Below are positions 12,926-26,760 of a stretch of DNA of 64,000 nucleotides, piece by piece. How positions within the stretch are numbered: the first letter of the stretch is position 1; each line of letters opens with the position of its first letter. The translations under genes were made by a program, and so were the position numbers. Under the pieces are notes generated by a model. That model had not been told where the DNA came from, did not search any database, and saw only the letters and a program-made list of their open reading frames with translations. The stretch comes from Lama glama (taxonomy: Eukaryota): contig CM052817.1 of NCBI GenBank assembly GCA_028534125.1, positions 104,534,001 through 104,598,000 of the forward strand, written 5' to 3'.

Positions 12926-14224
12926 GGTTTCTATGCTTTCTGCCTAACTTACCTGGATTTCTGCATTTGTTATCTGTAACAGCCTTGAGTTCTTAAGGCT
13001 TTACAATGATCGGGTTTTTCAACAGGGTCTGAACATATTTATAATTCTTTTAAGGCCAACATAGGCTGATTAACCCACGACATTTTAGAAGGGAATAAAT
13101 AGGTGCATTAACAAGGGAAAACCAATGTAAAGAACCTATACAGACTTTCAAACCCTGTTTAAAAAAAAAACTTTAAGAAAAATCAGTGTAATCTAGAGAA
13201 GGAAATAAGGCTTCGATATACAAAAAAAAAATAGCAGCATTTTTCTACCCACAGATAATAACTACTAAGAAAAAGCCTTCAGAATCTATTTCTAATACAA
13301 AAGCTTCAGTGATTAGTGGGGAAAATATCCCACTCAAAGCCCCAGCTTCCAAGCCTGGATTCAGGGTCAGCATGCGGCCCAGCCCAGACACCTGCAGGCC
13401 TTTCTATCCACTACTAACTATGCCCAAACTGAATACCCGACTCTGCAGGCTTCTCGCACCTCCCAGGTGATAGCAAACACTTAGATCACAGCTCACTTAC
13501 TGTGAGTCCAGCTAACCATCCGAGACTGGGAGCTGTGGCAGGGCTACCAGGACAGCAAGGCGGGGAGAGACTCTACCTCAGGGAGAGGGCGATGCAGGCC
13601 GCAAAGTCCTGGACCAGGAACGTCCAGGACGCTTCAGCCAGTAAGGAAACAAGCCCTTGTTAGACTAAGGCCATTCGTTACTTACAGAGACAGCAAAAGA
13701 AAGACGAACACAGGTGCCCGCTCCCCTTGAATCTTGTCCCAAGGAAACAGGCAAAAAGAAAAGGGGCCAGATGACACGACAACACAGCATAAGGAGCAGG
13801 GCCAGTCCCACGACGCAGCTAAGCAAGTCACAGCCTGCAGCTGCGCTCCGGTGGCTCCGGGGGGAAGTCTCCTATTCCATCAGAACCCGGGAGGCAACGC
13901 CAAACTGCCTCCCTTGTCCTCCCATGATAGGGAGGTAAATGTGAAGGCCCTGTGGCAGTTCCTCATCAGCGTCCTATATCCTCCTGTTCTAGGACAATCA
14001 GATGTATTCTAAGGTTCAGGTCAGCTGCGACCAAGCCTGGCCTCACTGGATACACACAAGGTCCACCGTCGGACACAGCCTGGCCACTCCAGGAATGGAC
14101 AGGCCAGCACGTGTGAAACAGAGCCAGAGGAAACCAGCTGAGGCTGGAGGGGCAGTCAGGAATCCAGTCACTCCAGGCCTCTGCGGCCCTGGGACATTTC
14201 ACTCAAAATGCAGTGGTTGTGAAT

Positions 14225-14392
14225 GCAGGTTCATCGACTGAAATAAATGCCCCATTCTGGTGGGGGATGTCGGTAGGAGGGGAGGCCACGCGTGAGTGGG
14301 GTTGAGGGGCATACAGGAGATCTCTCTGCCTTCCTCTCGATATTGATGTGAACATAAAAACTTCTTAGGAAAAAAAAAGTCTTAAAAAAAAA
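14225..14392 (+). mobile_element. L1MC/L1MD-type 3' end fragment
   Basis: aaataaatgccccattctggtgggggatgtcggtaggaggggaggccacgcgtg...A-rich end. Confidence 0.65.
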
Positions 14393-15089
14393 GTGATCAG
14401 AAACTAAATTATACCCCAACAAACACTCCATTAAAAAAAAATGGAATGGAATATTGCAACAATTCTCAACACAGAAGCAGCTTATTTTACTGTATGTTTT
14501 CAAAAATTCATGAGCAACTCTGAAGGATGGATTGAAAGGACCAAGAATGGTGGCATGAGGTCGGTGAAGGAGCTACTACGTGCAGCACAAGCAGGACGCG
14601 GTGGCTCAGGGGAGAGTGAGCAGTGCAGATGGCCCGACACGGGCTGACCCCACTTTCTTTTCGGGAACTGAACCAGAAATCCTACCTGGATGAGACGGGG
14701 GGAGGACAGGGACAGGAGCACGGGAAGTCTAGGACGACACACAGCCAGTGTTCTAGCCAGAAACATTACGTGGAGAACCCGGAAGAATCAAGGTTCCCGA
14801 GAAGATAACGGGGAACAGGACCTGGAACACAAGTCTCTGCCTCTGAAAGGAGAAACGGCACTGCACGCACTGAAGTGGAAGAAAGAAAAATGGTGGTTCC
14901 TATTTTCTCAAAGATGTGTAAGAGGTCACCAGCCGAATGCCGAGGAGGCAAGTACAGAGTATGAAAAAGTTGTAAAATAACTGTCTCAAAGTAGGAAAAC
15001 AATTTTTTTAGGGAAATGGTGAACTTGCTAAGCAGCACTGGGAATCCACCTGAGCCTTGCAAACACAAATGGGAAAACCAGACTGCTGC

Positions 15090-15760
15090 TACCCTCCAGG
15101 AATGTTGAGCTTCTTGCAGACAGCAGGTATGAAGGAGACAGATAACTGAGCATCACCTGGTTTAGCTGCGCAAGAGGCCAGAGGGATGGAGAGCACGTGC
15201 AAGGAGGCAACCATGAACTCAGAATCCAAGCTGAACAAGAAAAACACTGGAAGACGGGACAGGTGATGCGTAAGGAGAGAAAAGAGGTTGGAGTGTGGAA
15301 GGTCAGCAGTGGGAGGGACAATGCTCCACGCCCAGTTCACAGGAGGTCCTGGTGTGATCACTGAGAGGCCCGATGGGATGGACAGACTGTGAACTTCAAG
15401 GTCACAGGCTCAGATCTATCATCCACAAGACTACCGGGATCATTAAGACAACGTAAATAAAGGAGAAAACTGAGCCAAGAGCTAGTCTTTAATGAAAGGA
15501 CAGAGGCAGCTTCTGGTAAGTAAGATAATAAGGAAACGGGGATAATGATGTAACTTCAAAAAACTAAGGGAGAAACTGTCTGGAAGTGGGGACCGCTATC
15601 CAATCTCCGGCCCCTGAGGCACAAGGGACATAAGAGGAGAAAAAGCTTCTATCTGAGGTGAACAGAGTCCTAAAGAGAGATCTACATCAGCAAGGCACAA
15701 AGTGATCAGATATTAGGAACAGTAGTGATAGATGTCAGAGTTGGCAGCTCTCAGCTTAGA
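15090..15760 (-). mobile_element. Old L2 fragments
   Basis: Purine-rich decayed sequence typical of antisense L2; limits approximate. Confidence 0.35.
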
Positions 15761-15808
15761 AGTGTGTCATTAGTCTGTGTCCGTGGGGTTGAGCTCACTG
15801 ATTTAGAC

Positions 15809-15896
15809 CAGGGGTTGGCGAACTCTGGCACGCAGGCCTAATCCAGCCTGCAGCCCACTGGGGTTTGTCCATGAGGGTTTTTTATGTTAAAGGGTG

Positions 15897-15938
<42 letters not shown>

Positions 15939-16017
15939 TACATGCAACAGAAACCACACTTGGCCTGCAATGTCTAAAATGTTTACCATTTGCCACTTTG
16001 CTATTTGCCAGCCACTA
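15809..16017 (+). mobile_element. MER58B-like hAT-Charlie element containing a (CA)n microsatellite
   Basis: Begins caggggttggcgaact, ends tttgccagccacta; imperfect 8-bp TSD atttagac/gtttacac. Confidence 0.7.
15901..15936. repeat. (CA)18 microsatellite
   Basis: Directly visible. Confidence 0.95.
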
Positions 16018-16029
16018 GTTTACACAGAA

Positions 16030-18980
16030 GACCAGTGGCTGGCAGACTGGATAATAAAACAAAAGCCTACAATACCCTGCCTACAAGAAACCCACTTTAG
16101 GGTGAAGGACACACACAGACTGAAAGTGAGAGGATGGAAAAAGATGCTTCATGCAAACAGAAATGACAAGAAAGCTGGAGTAGCAGTACTGATTTCAGAC
16201 AAAATAAGACTTTAAAACAAAGGCCATAAAGAAGGATAAAGGACACTATATAATGACCACAGGAACAATACAAAGTGAAGATATTATACTTGTTAACATA
16301 TATGCACCCAATATAGGAGCACCTAAATACGTAAAGCAAATACTAACAGACATACAGGGAGAAACTGATGGGAACACAATCATAGGAGACTTTAACACCA
16401 TACTAACTGCATTGGACAGGTCTCCCAGACAGAAAATCAATAAGGAAATGGAGATACTGACACAATACAACAGTTGGACTTGGTTGATATTTTTAAGACA
16501 TTATAATCCCCAAGAAACAGAAGATACATTCTTTTCAAGTGCTCATGGAACATTCTCTAAGATATACCACATACTCAGAAACAAAAGAAGCCTCAACAAA
16601 TTTGAGGATAGAAATTATTTCAAGCATCTTTTCTGACCACAATGGCATGAAGCCAGAAATCAACCACAGTAAAACAAATGAGAAAAAAATGACTCCACAG
16701 AGACTAAACTACATGCTACTAAAAAACCAATGGGTCAACAATGAAATCAAAGAAGAAATTAAAAAACACTTTGAGACAAATGATAATGAAAACACAACCA
16801 CATAAAATCTATGGGATGCAGCAAAAGCAGTCCTAAGAGGAAAGTTCCTAGGCCCTCCTCAAAAAACAAGAACAATCTACCTCAAATAGACAACCTGACT
16901 TACCACCTGTAAGAATTAGAAAAAGAAGAGCAAACAAAATTTAAAAGTCAGCAGAAGGAAAGAAGTAATAAAAATCAGGGAGGAAATAAATAAAATAGAA
17001 ATTAAACAAAATTGACAAACCTCTGGCCAGGCTCACCAAGAAGAAAAGAGAGAGGAAACAAATAAAATAAGAAAGGAAAATGTAGAAGTTACAACCAACC
17101 ACAGAAATACAAAAAACAAATCAGACAATGAAACAAAGAAACAATCCTTTTTAAAACTGCATCCAAAACAATAAATATTTAGGAATAAATCTGTCCAAGA
17201 AGACAAAAGACTTACATGTGGAGAACTACAAAAACACTAATTCAGGAAATTAAAGATGACATGTAAAGATATCCCATGCTCTTGGATTAGAAGAATTAAT
17301 ATTGTTATGGTCATACTACCCCAAAGCAATATACAGATTTAAGGTGATCCCTATCAAATTACCCAGGACATTTTTCATAGAACTAGAAAAAATAATCCTA
17401 AAATTTATATGCAACCACAAAAGACCCAGAATTGCCAAAGCAATACTGAAGAAAAAGAACAAAGCTGGAGGAATAACCCTCCCAGGCTTCAGACAATACT
17501 GCAGAGCTACAGTAATCCAAACAGCATGGTATTGGCATAAAAACAGACATAGGGATCAGTGAAACAGAATAGAGAGCCCAGAAATAAACCAACAGACGTA
17601 CAGTCAATTAATCTTCAACAAAGGAGGCAAGAACATACAATGGAAAAGACAGTCTCTTCAGCAAGTGGTGCTGGGATGACTGGATAGAAACATGTAAATT
17701 TAAAGGTTAACACACTCCTTCACACCATACACAAAAATAAACTCAAAATGGCTTAAAGACTTAAATATAAAACAAAACACTATAAACCTCCTAGAAGAAA
17801 ACAGAGAGAAAACATTTTCTGACATAAATCTTAGCAATGTTCCCCTAGGGCAGTCTACCCAGGGAACAGAAATAAAAGCAAAAATAAACAAATGGGACCT
17901 AATTAAACTTAAAAGCATTTGCACAGCAAAGGCAACCATAAGCAAAACAAAAACCTATGGAATGGGAGAAAATATTTGCAAATGATGAGACTGACACTGG
18001 CTTAATTTCCACAATATTTAAACAGCTCATACAACTTAATAACAAAAGAAAACCAAACAACCCAATCCAAAAATGAGCAGAAGACCTAAACTAGTCATTC
18101 TCCAATGAAGACATATAAATAGCCAATAAGCACATGAAAAAATGCTCAGTATCCCTAATTATCAGAGAAATGCAAATCAAAACTATGATGAGGTATCACC
18201 TCACACCAGTCAGAATGGCCATCATTAAAAAGTCCACAAAGGATAAATGTTGGAGAGGCTGTGGAGAAAAGGGAACCCTCCTACACTACTGGTGGGAATG
18301 TAGTTTGGTGCAGCCATTATGGAAAACAGCATGGAGATTCCTAAAAAAACAAACAAACAAAAAATAAGACTTACCATATGATCCAGCAATCCCACTCCTG
18401 GGCATACATCCGGAGAGAACTCTAATTTGAAAAGATACATGTACCCCAATGTTCATAGCAGCACAATACATAATACCCAAGATGTGGAAGCAACCTAAAT
18501 GTCCATTGACACATGACTGGATAAAGAAGTTGTGGTATACTTATACAATGGAATACTACTCTGTCATAAAAAAGAATAAAATAATGCCTTTTGCAGCAAC
18601 ATGGATGGACCTGGAGAGTGAAGCAAGCCAGAAAGAGAAAGAAAAATACCATATGATATCACTTATATGTGGAATATTAAAAAACACACACACACACACA
18701 CACACACACAAATGATCTTACTTACAAAATAGAAACACACTCACAGACATAGAAAACAAACTTATGATTACTGAAGGGGAGGAGGGTGGGAAGGAATAAA
18801 TCGAGAGTTTGAGATTTGCAAATATTAACTACTATATACAAAAATAGGTAAGAAACCAAATTTCTTCTGGATATCACAGGGAACTATATTCAGTATCTTG
18901 CAGTAACCTATAATGGAAAAGACCATGAACCAGAAACTGATACAACATTGTAAACTGAGTATAATTCAATTAAAAAAAAT
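16030..18980 (+). mobile_element. 5'-truncated L1 (cetartiodactyl-type 3' end): ORF2 endonuclease part, internal deletion of RT core, ORF2 C-terminus, 3' UTR, A tail; non-functional
   Basis: ORF fragments [72 protein letters not shown]; many frameshifts; ends ccagaaactgatacaacattgtaaactg...aattaaaaaaaa. Confidence 0.95.
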
Positions 18981-19134
18981 ATATATATATATGTATCTGT
19001 TCTAGTTCCTAGCTGTCTAGCTTATTATGTTTTTGCTTTGACAGCACAGGAAAACTAGGAACAAATATTTGAAGGGGAGAATGATCTGCCATTTTCACAA
19101 GTCATTCATGTCACAGTAATACTTTTTAAATATC

Positions 19135-20360
19135 AGACCAGATAAAAACATTTTTATTCTTTACTGTAACTTACCACTCAGTGTTTATAGCCATTTTGAA
19201 ACTAAAACTGAACCCCTTTCCCCTCAATAAGAAAAATTTCCAACGACTAAAGAGATAGGAACTTATGATGTAATCACAAAACCATACTTTTGCACAGATT
19301 AGTAAAGCCAAAGCAAGTCAGCATCAGTTAAATCACTGAAAATTAAATTAGAACCTTAAGAAGTGAAATTATAGAAATAAGTTTTATTTTAATTTTCTGA
19401 AGTAAAAAAGCTGTTAACAAGACTTAGTTGATATTGAGTTACTCCATACAGAATTTTTTTTTCTTGAAAATACTCAAACACACTCGCATTCCATTGTTTA
19501 GAAAACAGACTAGAAGATGCCTGCATTTAACAAGTTCGGTGAAGCACATTCTACCGCTTCCATGTTTTTCATGATACTGGAAACACTGGGTTATTTTATA
19601 TGTCCATTTAACCTTAGAGGAAAATAATACAACTGCAACAACTGGTTCTCTCATCTTTAGTTCTGTTTCCACAAATACATATCTATCACTTTTCAAGTTG
19701 AGAAAGCAAAAAAACAATACACAAACCAAACAACTAACCTGAAATCATTTATACTCTTTATCAAGATAAACGATTAAGTGTAGGAGAGCAACATAACAAG
19801 AACAGTGATTTGTTTACACTATTTAACTAACTCTGGCTCAAAGATAATAAATAATAGCAATGCAGAATCCATGAGTGTATCTAATTTCCATTTTACATTT
19901 TCCCTATTTTATAAGGAAAGAAAATAGGTTTAATGTGTAAGAGGAAGAACAGTGAAACATTATTACTAAAAAGGAATTCTGCTGTCATCACTGCTCAAGA
20001 AGTATCCATTGTAACCTTTCAGCAAATAGTTGCTGTCCATGCTCCAAAATGTGAGATTAGGTGATTCTAAGTAAACGCAAGGGAAAAAACTACATTCTCC
20101 CTCATTCACATTGCTCTCCCAGCCCCAGAAATTCAGACTACATGCACTGTGAAGACCACTTCTATCTATTCTAACAACTTAATGTAAATGAAAACCAACA
20201 TTCACTTTTAAGTGAAAATCATAACACCGTTTTTGGAACTAAAAACAGGATTCTCATTATATAAGAGAATCAGCTAAATAGCAAATTCTTGTATCTGGAC
20301 TATTTACCATCATCAAGTATAACTTGAAGCTCTCAAATTATTTTGAGCAAAGAAAGGCAA
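19135..20360 (-). other. TMA16: TMA16 3' UTR (end inferred)
   Basis: Unique AT-rich sequence downstream of the stop; minus-strand AATAAA at 19383-19388 and 19153-19158. Confidence 0.55.
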
Positions 20361-20541
20361 TTAGTCCACTGCAGTCATTTCCTCATCCGTGTCACTTGAT
20401 TCATCTTGTAGTTCCAATTCCCCTAAATCTCCGTCTACAGCTATGATGGTTTTCTTCTTGCACTTCTTCGGCACTGCATCATTAGCACAAATTTTTCTCA
20501 TTTTAATGTTAGGCAGTTTCTTCAGATCCAAATCCCATTCC
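20361..20541 (-). CDS. TMA16: TMA16 exon 7 (last coding exon)
   Basis: Acceptor tctag|G; encodes [59 protein letters not shown]; 181 nt. Confidence 0.96.
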
Positions 20542-22015
20542 CTAGACAGAAGAGAGAATGCAGACGGTTGGTGTGGGGTGAGCTGGAGAAGCAGTAAAGT
20601 CAATATGCAAAACTCTGAAAGCAGCAGAAAGCTTACAATTTACAGCAGTTTCAAATGCCCTAGGAAGAAACAATATAAATCCACTAGGAAAAAAAAAACC
20701 AGTGTCCCAAGAACTGAGGTTTGCTTTTTCCATACTTACTGCAATTCTTATTAACCAACAATAGCAATTAACTGTACAGAGAATTCCACTTATTCAAAAT
20801 TTCCAAAGCAACACAGGAAAACATTAGGCAGAAGTTTCGCTTTTTATCCTCCCTAACCTGAACACTTCTCTCCATCAGGACACATGGTACCAGGAAATCT
20901 CAGAAGTAGGAACTGTATCATCCTGGAAAATCTCCAAAATGCATAGTCAGAAAGGTTTTTCTTTTCACACACAGTGGTAAGTCACAAGTTTCAGTAATAA
21001 AACAATTTTTATGGTTCTAATAGAAAACTTTCCGTTTTTCAACTTCACCGTTTCTGTGACAATCCTATGTTTAATTACTTCAGGAGCAATGTGAAGACTG
21101 TTCTGAGAACTGAACTCTAACCAGTGATACCAACAGTCTATGCTAATTTCTTCTCCTTTCTGGCTTTCTTTGGGGGAGGCAGAACACACACAGTTTTAAG
21201 AACAAAGAGAACATCTGTATGTCTGATTAATTAATGTTGCAGGCAAAAAAAAAAATTAAGGTATAAAGAGAATCTCAAGCTCCATGCACTTACATTGTAA
21301 ATGTATAGCTAAGCTAAAAAGTGAACTATTTCTTAAATATGATCAATAAATCCTATTAGAGCTAATATTTTATGAAACCTAAATATTTTCTATGAATTCA
21401 GAAGTATAAAAATACACTGAGCTTAAGGATTTCAAATAATATGGACTTAAATTTATCTAATTTCAATTAAATCTGCAGACCAATCAACATGGTCTAGCTA
21501 AGACCAAAATGATTAAAAAAATTATTTTCTGAAAACAAAGTACCCATGTTTGAAAACTTAAAAAATTGAAATCCCACTCGCTGGCCTCTCTGGTCACAAA
21601 GGCACTATTAGAGACCACCGGGCCAACTGGTTCTTCAGGATTTAACCACCTCCCTGGCACCCCTTCCCACTAACCATCTTCTCCAGAAAAGTCTGGGGAT
21701 GGGACTCTGAGCCATCAAATCTGCTGCTAATAGTTTCTTTGAAAAGAAAAGTGAGAACAAGTTCTTTTAAGTGTTACATTAAAGAATTTTCAAGTGTTCT
21801 GAATAACAAAAGCAGCAGGTCACTGTCATTTCAGTGTATATCAGGCGTTTCCAGCAAACACAACTTAGGAAATCCTTCCTTTGATGAAAGAGAAAAGGTT
21901 AAAAAGAACCCCTGATTTTCTTTTGCCTCTAATGTCTAGATTCAGAAGGGAGGAAAGGTTAGGTCTCATGTGTTTTACATGCAGCTTCCAAGAACAATGA
22001 AGGCAACAGACTCAC

Positions 22016-22058
22016 CTGAAAGTCTTCAGGTTGCTTGCATTTAAAATGTCTGGAATCT
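22016..22058 (-). CDS. TMA16: TMA16 exon 6
   Basis: ttccccag|AGATTCCAGAC...TTCAG|gtgagt; 43 nt; (E)IPDILNASNLKTF(R); phases match both neighbours. Confidence 0.95.
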
Positions 22059-23229
22059 CTGGGGAAGAAAATCACGTATATCTGTTAGGCAATGTCTTCT
22101 ATTGCAACGTTTTATAGTCTCCTCGTTTATTATCTCAGAAACAACAAACAGTAACTGACAAACATAAGAGCATCTGAGGCAAATGAATCTCCAAGCACGA
22201 CTGTAACGCTGTGTGAGAAGTTTTACAGGTGTAAGTGACTCAGTTTAAGAAGGCGAATCAAAAAGAATACTATTAAATAATGCATTCCAGCACAGAATCA
22301 ATAAAACAAACCTACCAACAAAATAAACCCTGTCCTTTTAAACCACAAAGGTACCTGGCAGATTCTAACTATCAATTCCCTAAAACAATATGCTAGGTGG
22401 TTTTATATGTTTCCTTGGTGAAAAGTACAATTTTTCTTGAACATGTACTTCACTTTGGCAAGGTAGAGGATGTAAGGATTATTTAATGTAAAAAATATTT
22501 AAAAAGGAAAAAAGAAATGTAAATAAACTGTAATCAACAGATGCTCAATAAAGTTCAATGAAATTTAAACCCATGTTTAATAAGAACGACGCGCGGACAG
22601 TTCCTTACCACGATCAGAAAGTTAATCGTAAAGCAGTACGTGGGTCACCCTTGCTGATGGAACATGAGACAAGCGTAACAGAAAGTGGAAACTGCTGCAA
22701 AAATCCGGGTCAGTGCAATAAAATATTAAATAAAGCCCAGTAACAATTAATGAAAAAGATAAAATTAAAAAGTTTGACACAACTGTAATGCCTGACTTTT
22801 GCAACAGCTTCAGAAAATAGAGTATGGGGGCCAGGTGTTTAAAAGGTGTAAACAAAGCACAAATTAAAAAAAAATAAATAAATCCTAATAAAATGAGTCA
22901 AAAATAGTTACACCACCAAGAGGCAGGAGAGGGAGATGTTAGTGGCTAGTCTTCTCTGAACCTTATCAACTGGAAGGTGGGGACAATCTGTCCACGTTTG
23001 CAGACACCCATGAACTTGGCATTCACAAAGCTCTCTTCCTTCCCCACACACATTCCCGGACTCTGGAGCTGCACTGTGGCCTAAGTGGACGGACAGCAGG
23101 TCTGAGTCTCAGGACTGGCTCACTCCCCACTGAGCAGTGTCTGACCTTGGATGTGCTCTGTCACCTACTGTTAATTAAACTGGCAGCTGCCTGGTGAACA
23201 GACTGAGCACAGCGACCAGCTGGGAGGCT

Positions 23230-24030
23230 GTTAGGAAGGCAGAGCTGAGATGACAGTGGCCTTAGCTTGGCGGGGGGTGGGGGCAGTGAAGAAAGCCAGC
23301 AGACTCCAAGCACGTTTCCCTGACAGCTGGGTGTGGAACATGAGACGGTCCCCAAGGTTTCTGACGGGAGCAACTGGGTGCGTGGTGACGTCACTGCCTG
23401 AAATGCAGATCTTGTAGGAGGACCCGGTTTTAGGAGAAAAGCTGGATTTTGCTTTGGGACATGTCAAGTCTGAGATAAGACATTCAAGCAGAGATCTGGA
23501 GATACCCAAGTTTGATAATGCAAGTCTGGAGTTCTAGGGACAAGTTAGGATGGACAATATAAATCTGGAAGTTATGAGCATTTAGATGGTATTAAAAGCC
23601 ACAGGACTGAATGAGGTCAGCTCAGGAACTCGTGTAAATAGAAAAGAGAGGCCCAAGGACAGGGACGTGGGTCAATGTTTAGTCTGAGAGGGAATGAGGA
23701 GGATTCCACTGGGGAACCTGAAGCCACGGCCAGTGAACCAGGAGGAAAACTGGGACAGGTCAGAGTCTTGCACCCCGAATAAAGCATGTGACGAGAGAAT
23801 GAAGTGCTCACGTGTATCAAATGCTACAGGAAAGTGGACTGAGTGAGAGTCGGCGCCCAGCACGGCCACTGCTTGTCTCAGCATCTAACAACCGGTCGCC
23901 AGTGACAGAGGATTTCAGTTGAGATTCAGAATTAGGCTATGAAAGCCTAATTCAAGGGGTTCCAAAGAAAACGTACAATGAGGAAACGGAGAGTACACGC
24001 AGAGACAAAGTCCACACTCTTGGAAGGGAA
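23230..24030 (-). mobile_element. L2 LINE fragment
   Basis: agatgacagtggcc..., ttttgctttgggacatgtcaagtctgagat, gcatttagatggtattaaaagccacaggactg are typical of antisense L2. Confidence 0.8.
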
Positions 24031-24239
24031 GGACGTCGGCGAAAAGGACATGGGGCTGGCGGAAGCTCCCCCCGACCTCCTGTATCGGGTTCTGTGTCAG
24101 GCCCTTGGTAAACGAAGTCTCATTTGACTTTGAAACAACCTGGGGAGGAAGTGCACTATTTCTCTCTATTATTACCTGTGGGGTAATGGCCCTGTTACAC
24201 AGTAAAGCTGTCGCGGTTTCAGTGCAGATGTACCTATTC

Positions 24240-24790
24240 TGTTATTTTTCCAGTTAAGAAACTCACTTCCTAGAAAGACGAAGCAGAACTGCCACCTCCT
24301 CGGGGCTTCCAGTGCTACTGTGGTGGGAGGACAGCCCGGGGAGCCGCTCTAAGACAGCCAGCTCCCGACACAGCCACCAGCTAAACCACCAGACAAGAAC
24401 CCAGGCTGCCCCACCCAGGAAGTGCCCCTGTGAGAAAGCCATGGCTCACTCAGACCAACCGAGTGACCTCTTCTCCCATCTGACGCCTTTATGAAGAATG
24501 AACCTGTGAAGCCCTAGGCACCCCACCTGTCACCCTAAAACAGGCTGGACCCCAGGCGCCCGTTCCCTCCCTCTCCACCAGAGACCCCGCTGTATGGCCC
24601 TCGGGCGTGCCCTGAGCCCTCCAGGACCTGTAAGTATGAAATCTTGTTTTTTTCAAGGTTCCCCGATGGTTGCTGCTGAGGTACATCCTGCGATCCTAAG
24701 AACCACCGGGGTGGGCCCAGCCACAACCCCGGCTGCCCCAGCCTGTCCGGCCCACAGCACGCTGTCCGGCGGCTGGGCCGACACGACAGT
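24240..24790 (+). mobile_element. ERV-type solo LTR (family unresolved, limits approximate)
   Basis: TG start, LTR-like U3/R composition, ctccaggacctgtaagtatgaaatcttgttttttc (degenerate poly(A) region); no TSD confirmed. Confidence 0.5.
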
Positions 24791-25687
24791 CATCCCCAGG
24801 ATACTTCCTGTAGGGCCCTACACTTTACTGCTATTACTATTAAAATTTAAAAACCTAGTTTTGCTACTAAACATTTCACTGACTATACTCCCCAAGCAAA
24901 TCCACTTAAGAGTGCCTGCGGGGACCAGGCAGGAGATGAGAATGAAGGAAGGTTTGAGACCACGGCAAACCTGAGGCCACAGGCTCGAGTCTAAAAGAGG
25001 GGCTGCAACTCTGCTCCAGCAGAGATGCTATCGGACCATCTGATGTTTTCAGAGAAGCCAAAAATCAAACTTTTCACATGAAAGCAGATTTTTTTATACG
25101 GACAACTAATAAGCCAGTCAAACACCACTTGAAGGCCATGTGCAGCTTCTGGGCCGTCACCTGTTTGTGGCTTTGCAAGCCCTTGTCTACAAGCGCCCCC
25201 TCCTCTCCTACTAGGCGCTTTTCTTCAGACAGTGTCACTAAGCTATTAGCATACTTGGCTTTACGAACTGTAAGAAATGCTACAATGCTAAGAAAGAAAA
25301 TTTGGTTTCTACAGTGTCTCAAGAATGGCGGCAACAAGTACAGCTCATCACCACAGGAATGACAAGGACGACAGGACACAGCACCTACTCCAAAGAAACT
25401 TCGACGTGGCCGGAGACGGGCACGTAGTAACTGCAACAAAGCAAATTACGTATGCGCCCGGAAAGAGGGGGACCTGCACTGCCACAGCAGAGAGACGATG
25501 CCACTGTCAGAATCGACAGGTTTGGGAATGTACAGGGGAAAAAAGTGAATTCAAAAATTATTCCAAATACTCAAAATGAAAGGAAATCAAAGCAAGAAAA
25601 CCAAACCCAACCAAAGAGTCAGTAAAGCTAAATTTTGAAATGGATTCCAAATGTGACGCGGAAGAAGAGCAGGCCCCGCGAACACAC

Positions 25688-25836
25688 CGAAGCCGTATCC
25701 CTCGTACTGCTGCCGCTCCCGCGCCACCGTCTGCCTGATGACCGTCTCCCGGGAGCAGTGCCGCCTGCCCTGCCGGTCCTTGATGCTGTTCTGCAACTCA
25801 ATCTGCTCCAGCTCACTGCTGAATCGATTTAAATAC
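25688..25836 (-). CDS. TMA16: TMA16 exon 5
   Basis: tttcag|GTATTTAAATCG...GGCTTCG|gtgtgt; 149 nt; [49 protein letters not shown]. Confidence 0.96.
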
Positions 25837-26039
25837 CTGAAATACAAGAAAACGGTTTGCGTCACAAAGTGTAAGGCTTACATTACCTCATCTAAAACAT
25901 AACCCCCAGCCTTCGCCTGGCCTTTAAGTTGTCATATTCCTGAGTTCCTCAAGTTCTCAGACCTTCCCTTGGTAACTCAACCATTTTCAAAATCTCTGTG
26001 ACCAAATCAAAGCCTGCCATCAAAGCGTGCTCATACTCA

Positions 26040-26760
26040 ACCACGTCCTGGATGTCCCAGAGAGGCTGAGTGCATCACGCCTGAACCTGCCCTCAGCCCT
26101 GCCCCCACGCGGCCCCTCCAGACCTGCCCCATCCCTTTGACCCCCCCCCCTCGTCGCGGGAAGCAGTGTGACCACTCATCTGGTGGCCAAGTGAGGAATG
26201 CCACTGTCCCCACTGACTCCTCTCTCTCCCTTTTATGCCACATCTAACTCTTCATTACAGATTGAGACGTCAACCTCCTTAAAATCTCTGTCATCTTTCA
26301 TTTCTCTTGACCACACTGCCAGTAACATGACCTCTTGCCTGGACTGCTCCATCAGCCTCTCAGCAGTCTCCTGGCCAAAGCCTGTCCCTCACCCATTCTC
26401 CTCGTTCTCACTACGGCGATCTTCCTAAAGCTGAAATGCGACCATCTCAGGTGCTTGCTGCACAAGTGTCCTACAGCTCCCAGTGTGGTTGGGCACAGTC
26501 CAAACTCCTACACTGGTATCCGAGATCTGTCAGGAGCTGGTTTATCCCACCTGTCGCAATCCCCTCTTTGAACCCACTGCTTCAGTCATTAAACGTCTGG
26601 CAGAGCCCTAGATATGCTGCCCTCATCCCTGGGCGTTTCACGTCTTGTTCTCTCTGCCCAGAGCTCTCCACACTGCCTCAGCGCGATCTGCTCACCCCCA
26701 TCTTCAGATGTCAGTTTGGATGACATTTCTCCAAGAAGCCAAGAAACTGGGTGAACTACC
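26040..26760 (+). mobile_element. L2 LINE fragment
   Basis: Pyrimidine-rich L2-like motifs (tcttgcctggactgctccatcagcctc, gatcttcctaaagctgaaatgcgaccatc). Confidence 0.6.

Noticed and set aside
26173..26191. Second CTCF-like sequence (TTGGCCACCAGATGAGTG on the minus strand)
   Set aside because: Lacks the conserved GGC 3' half and lies inside an L2
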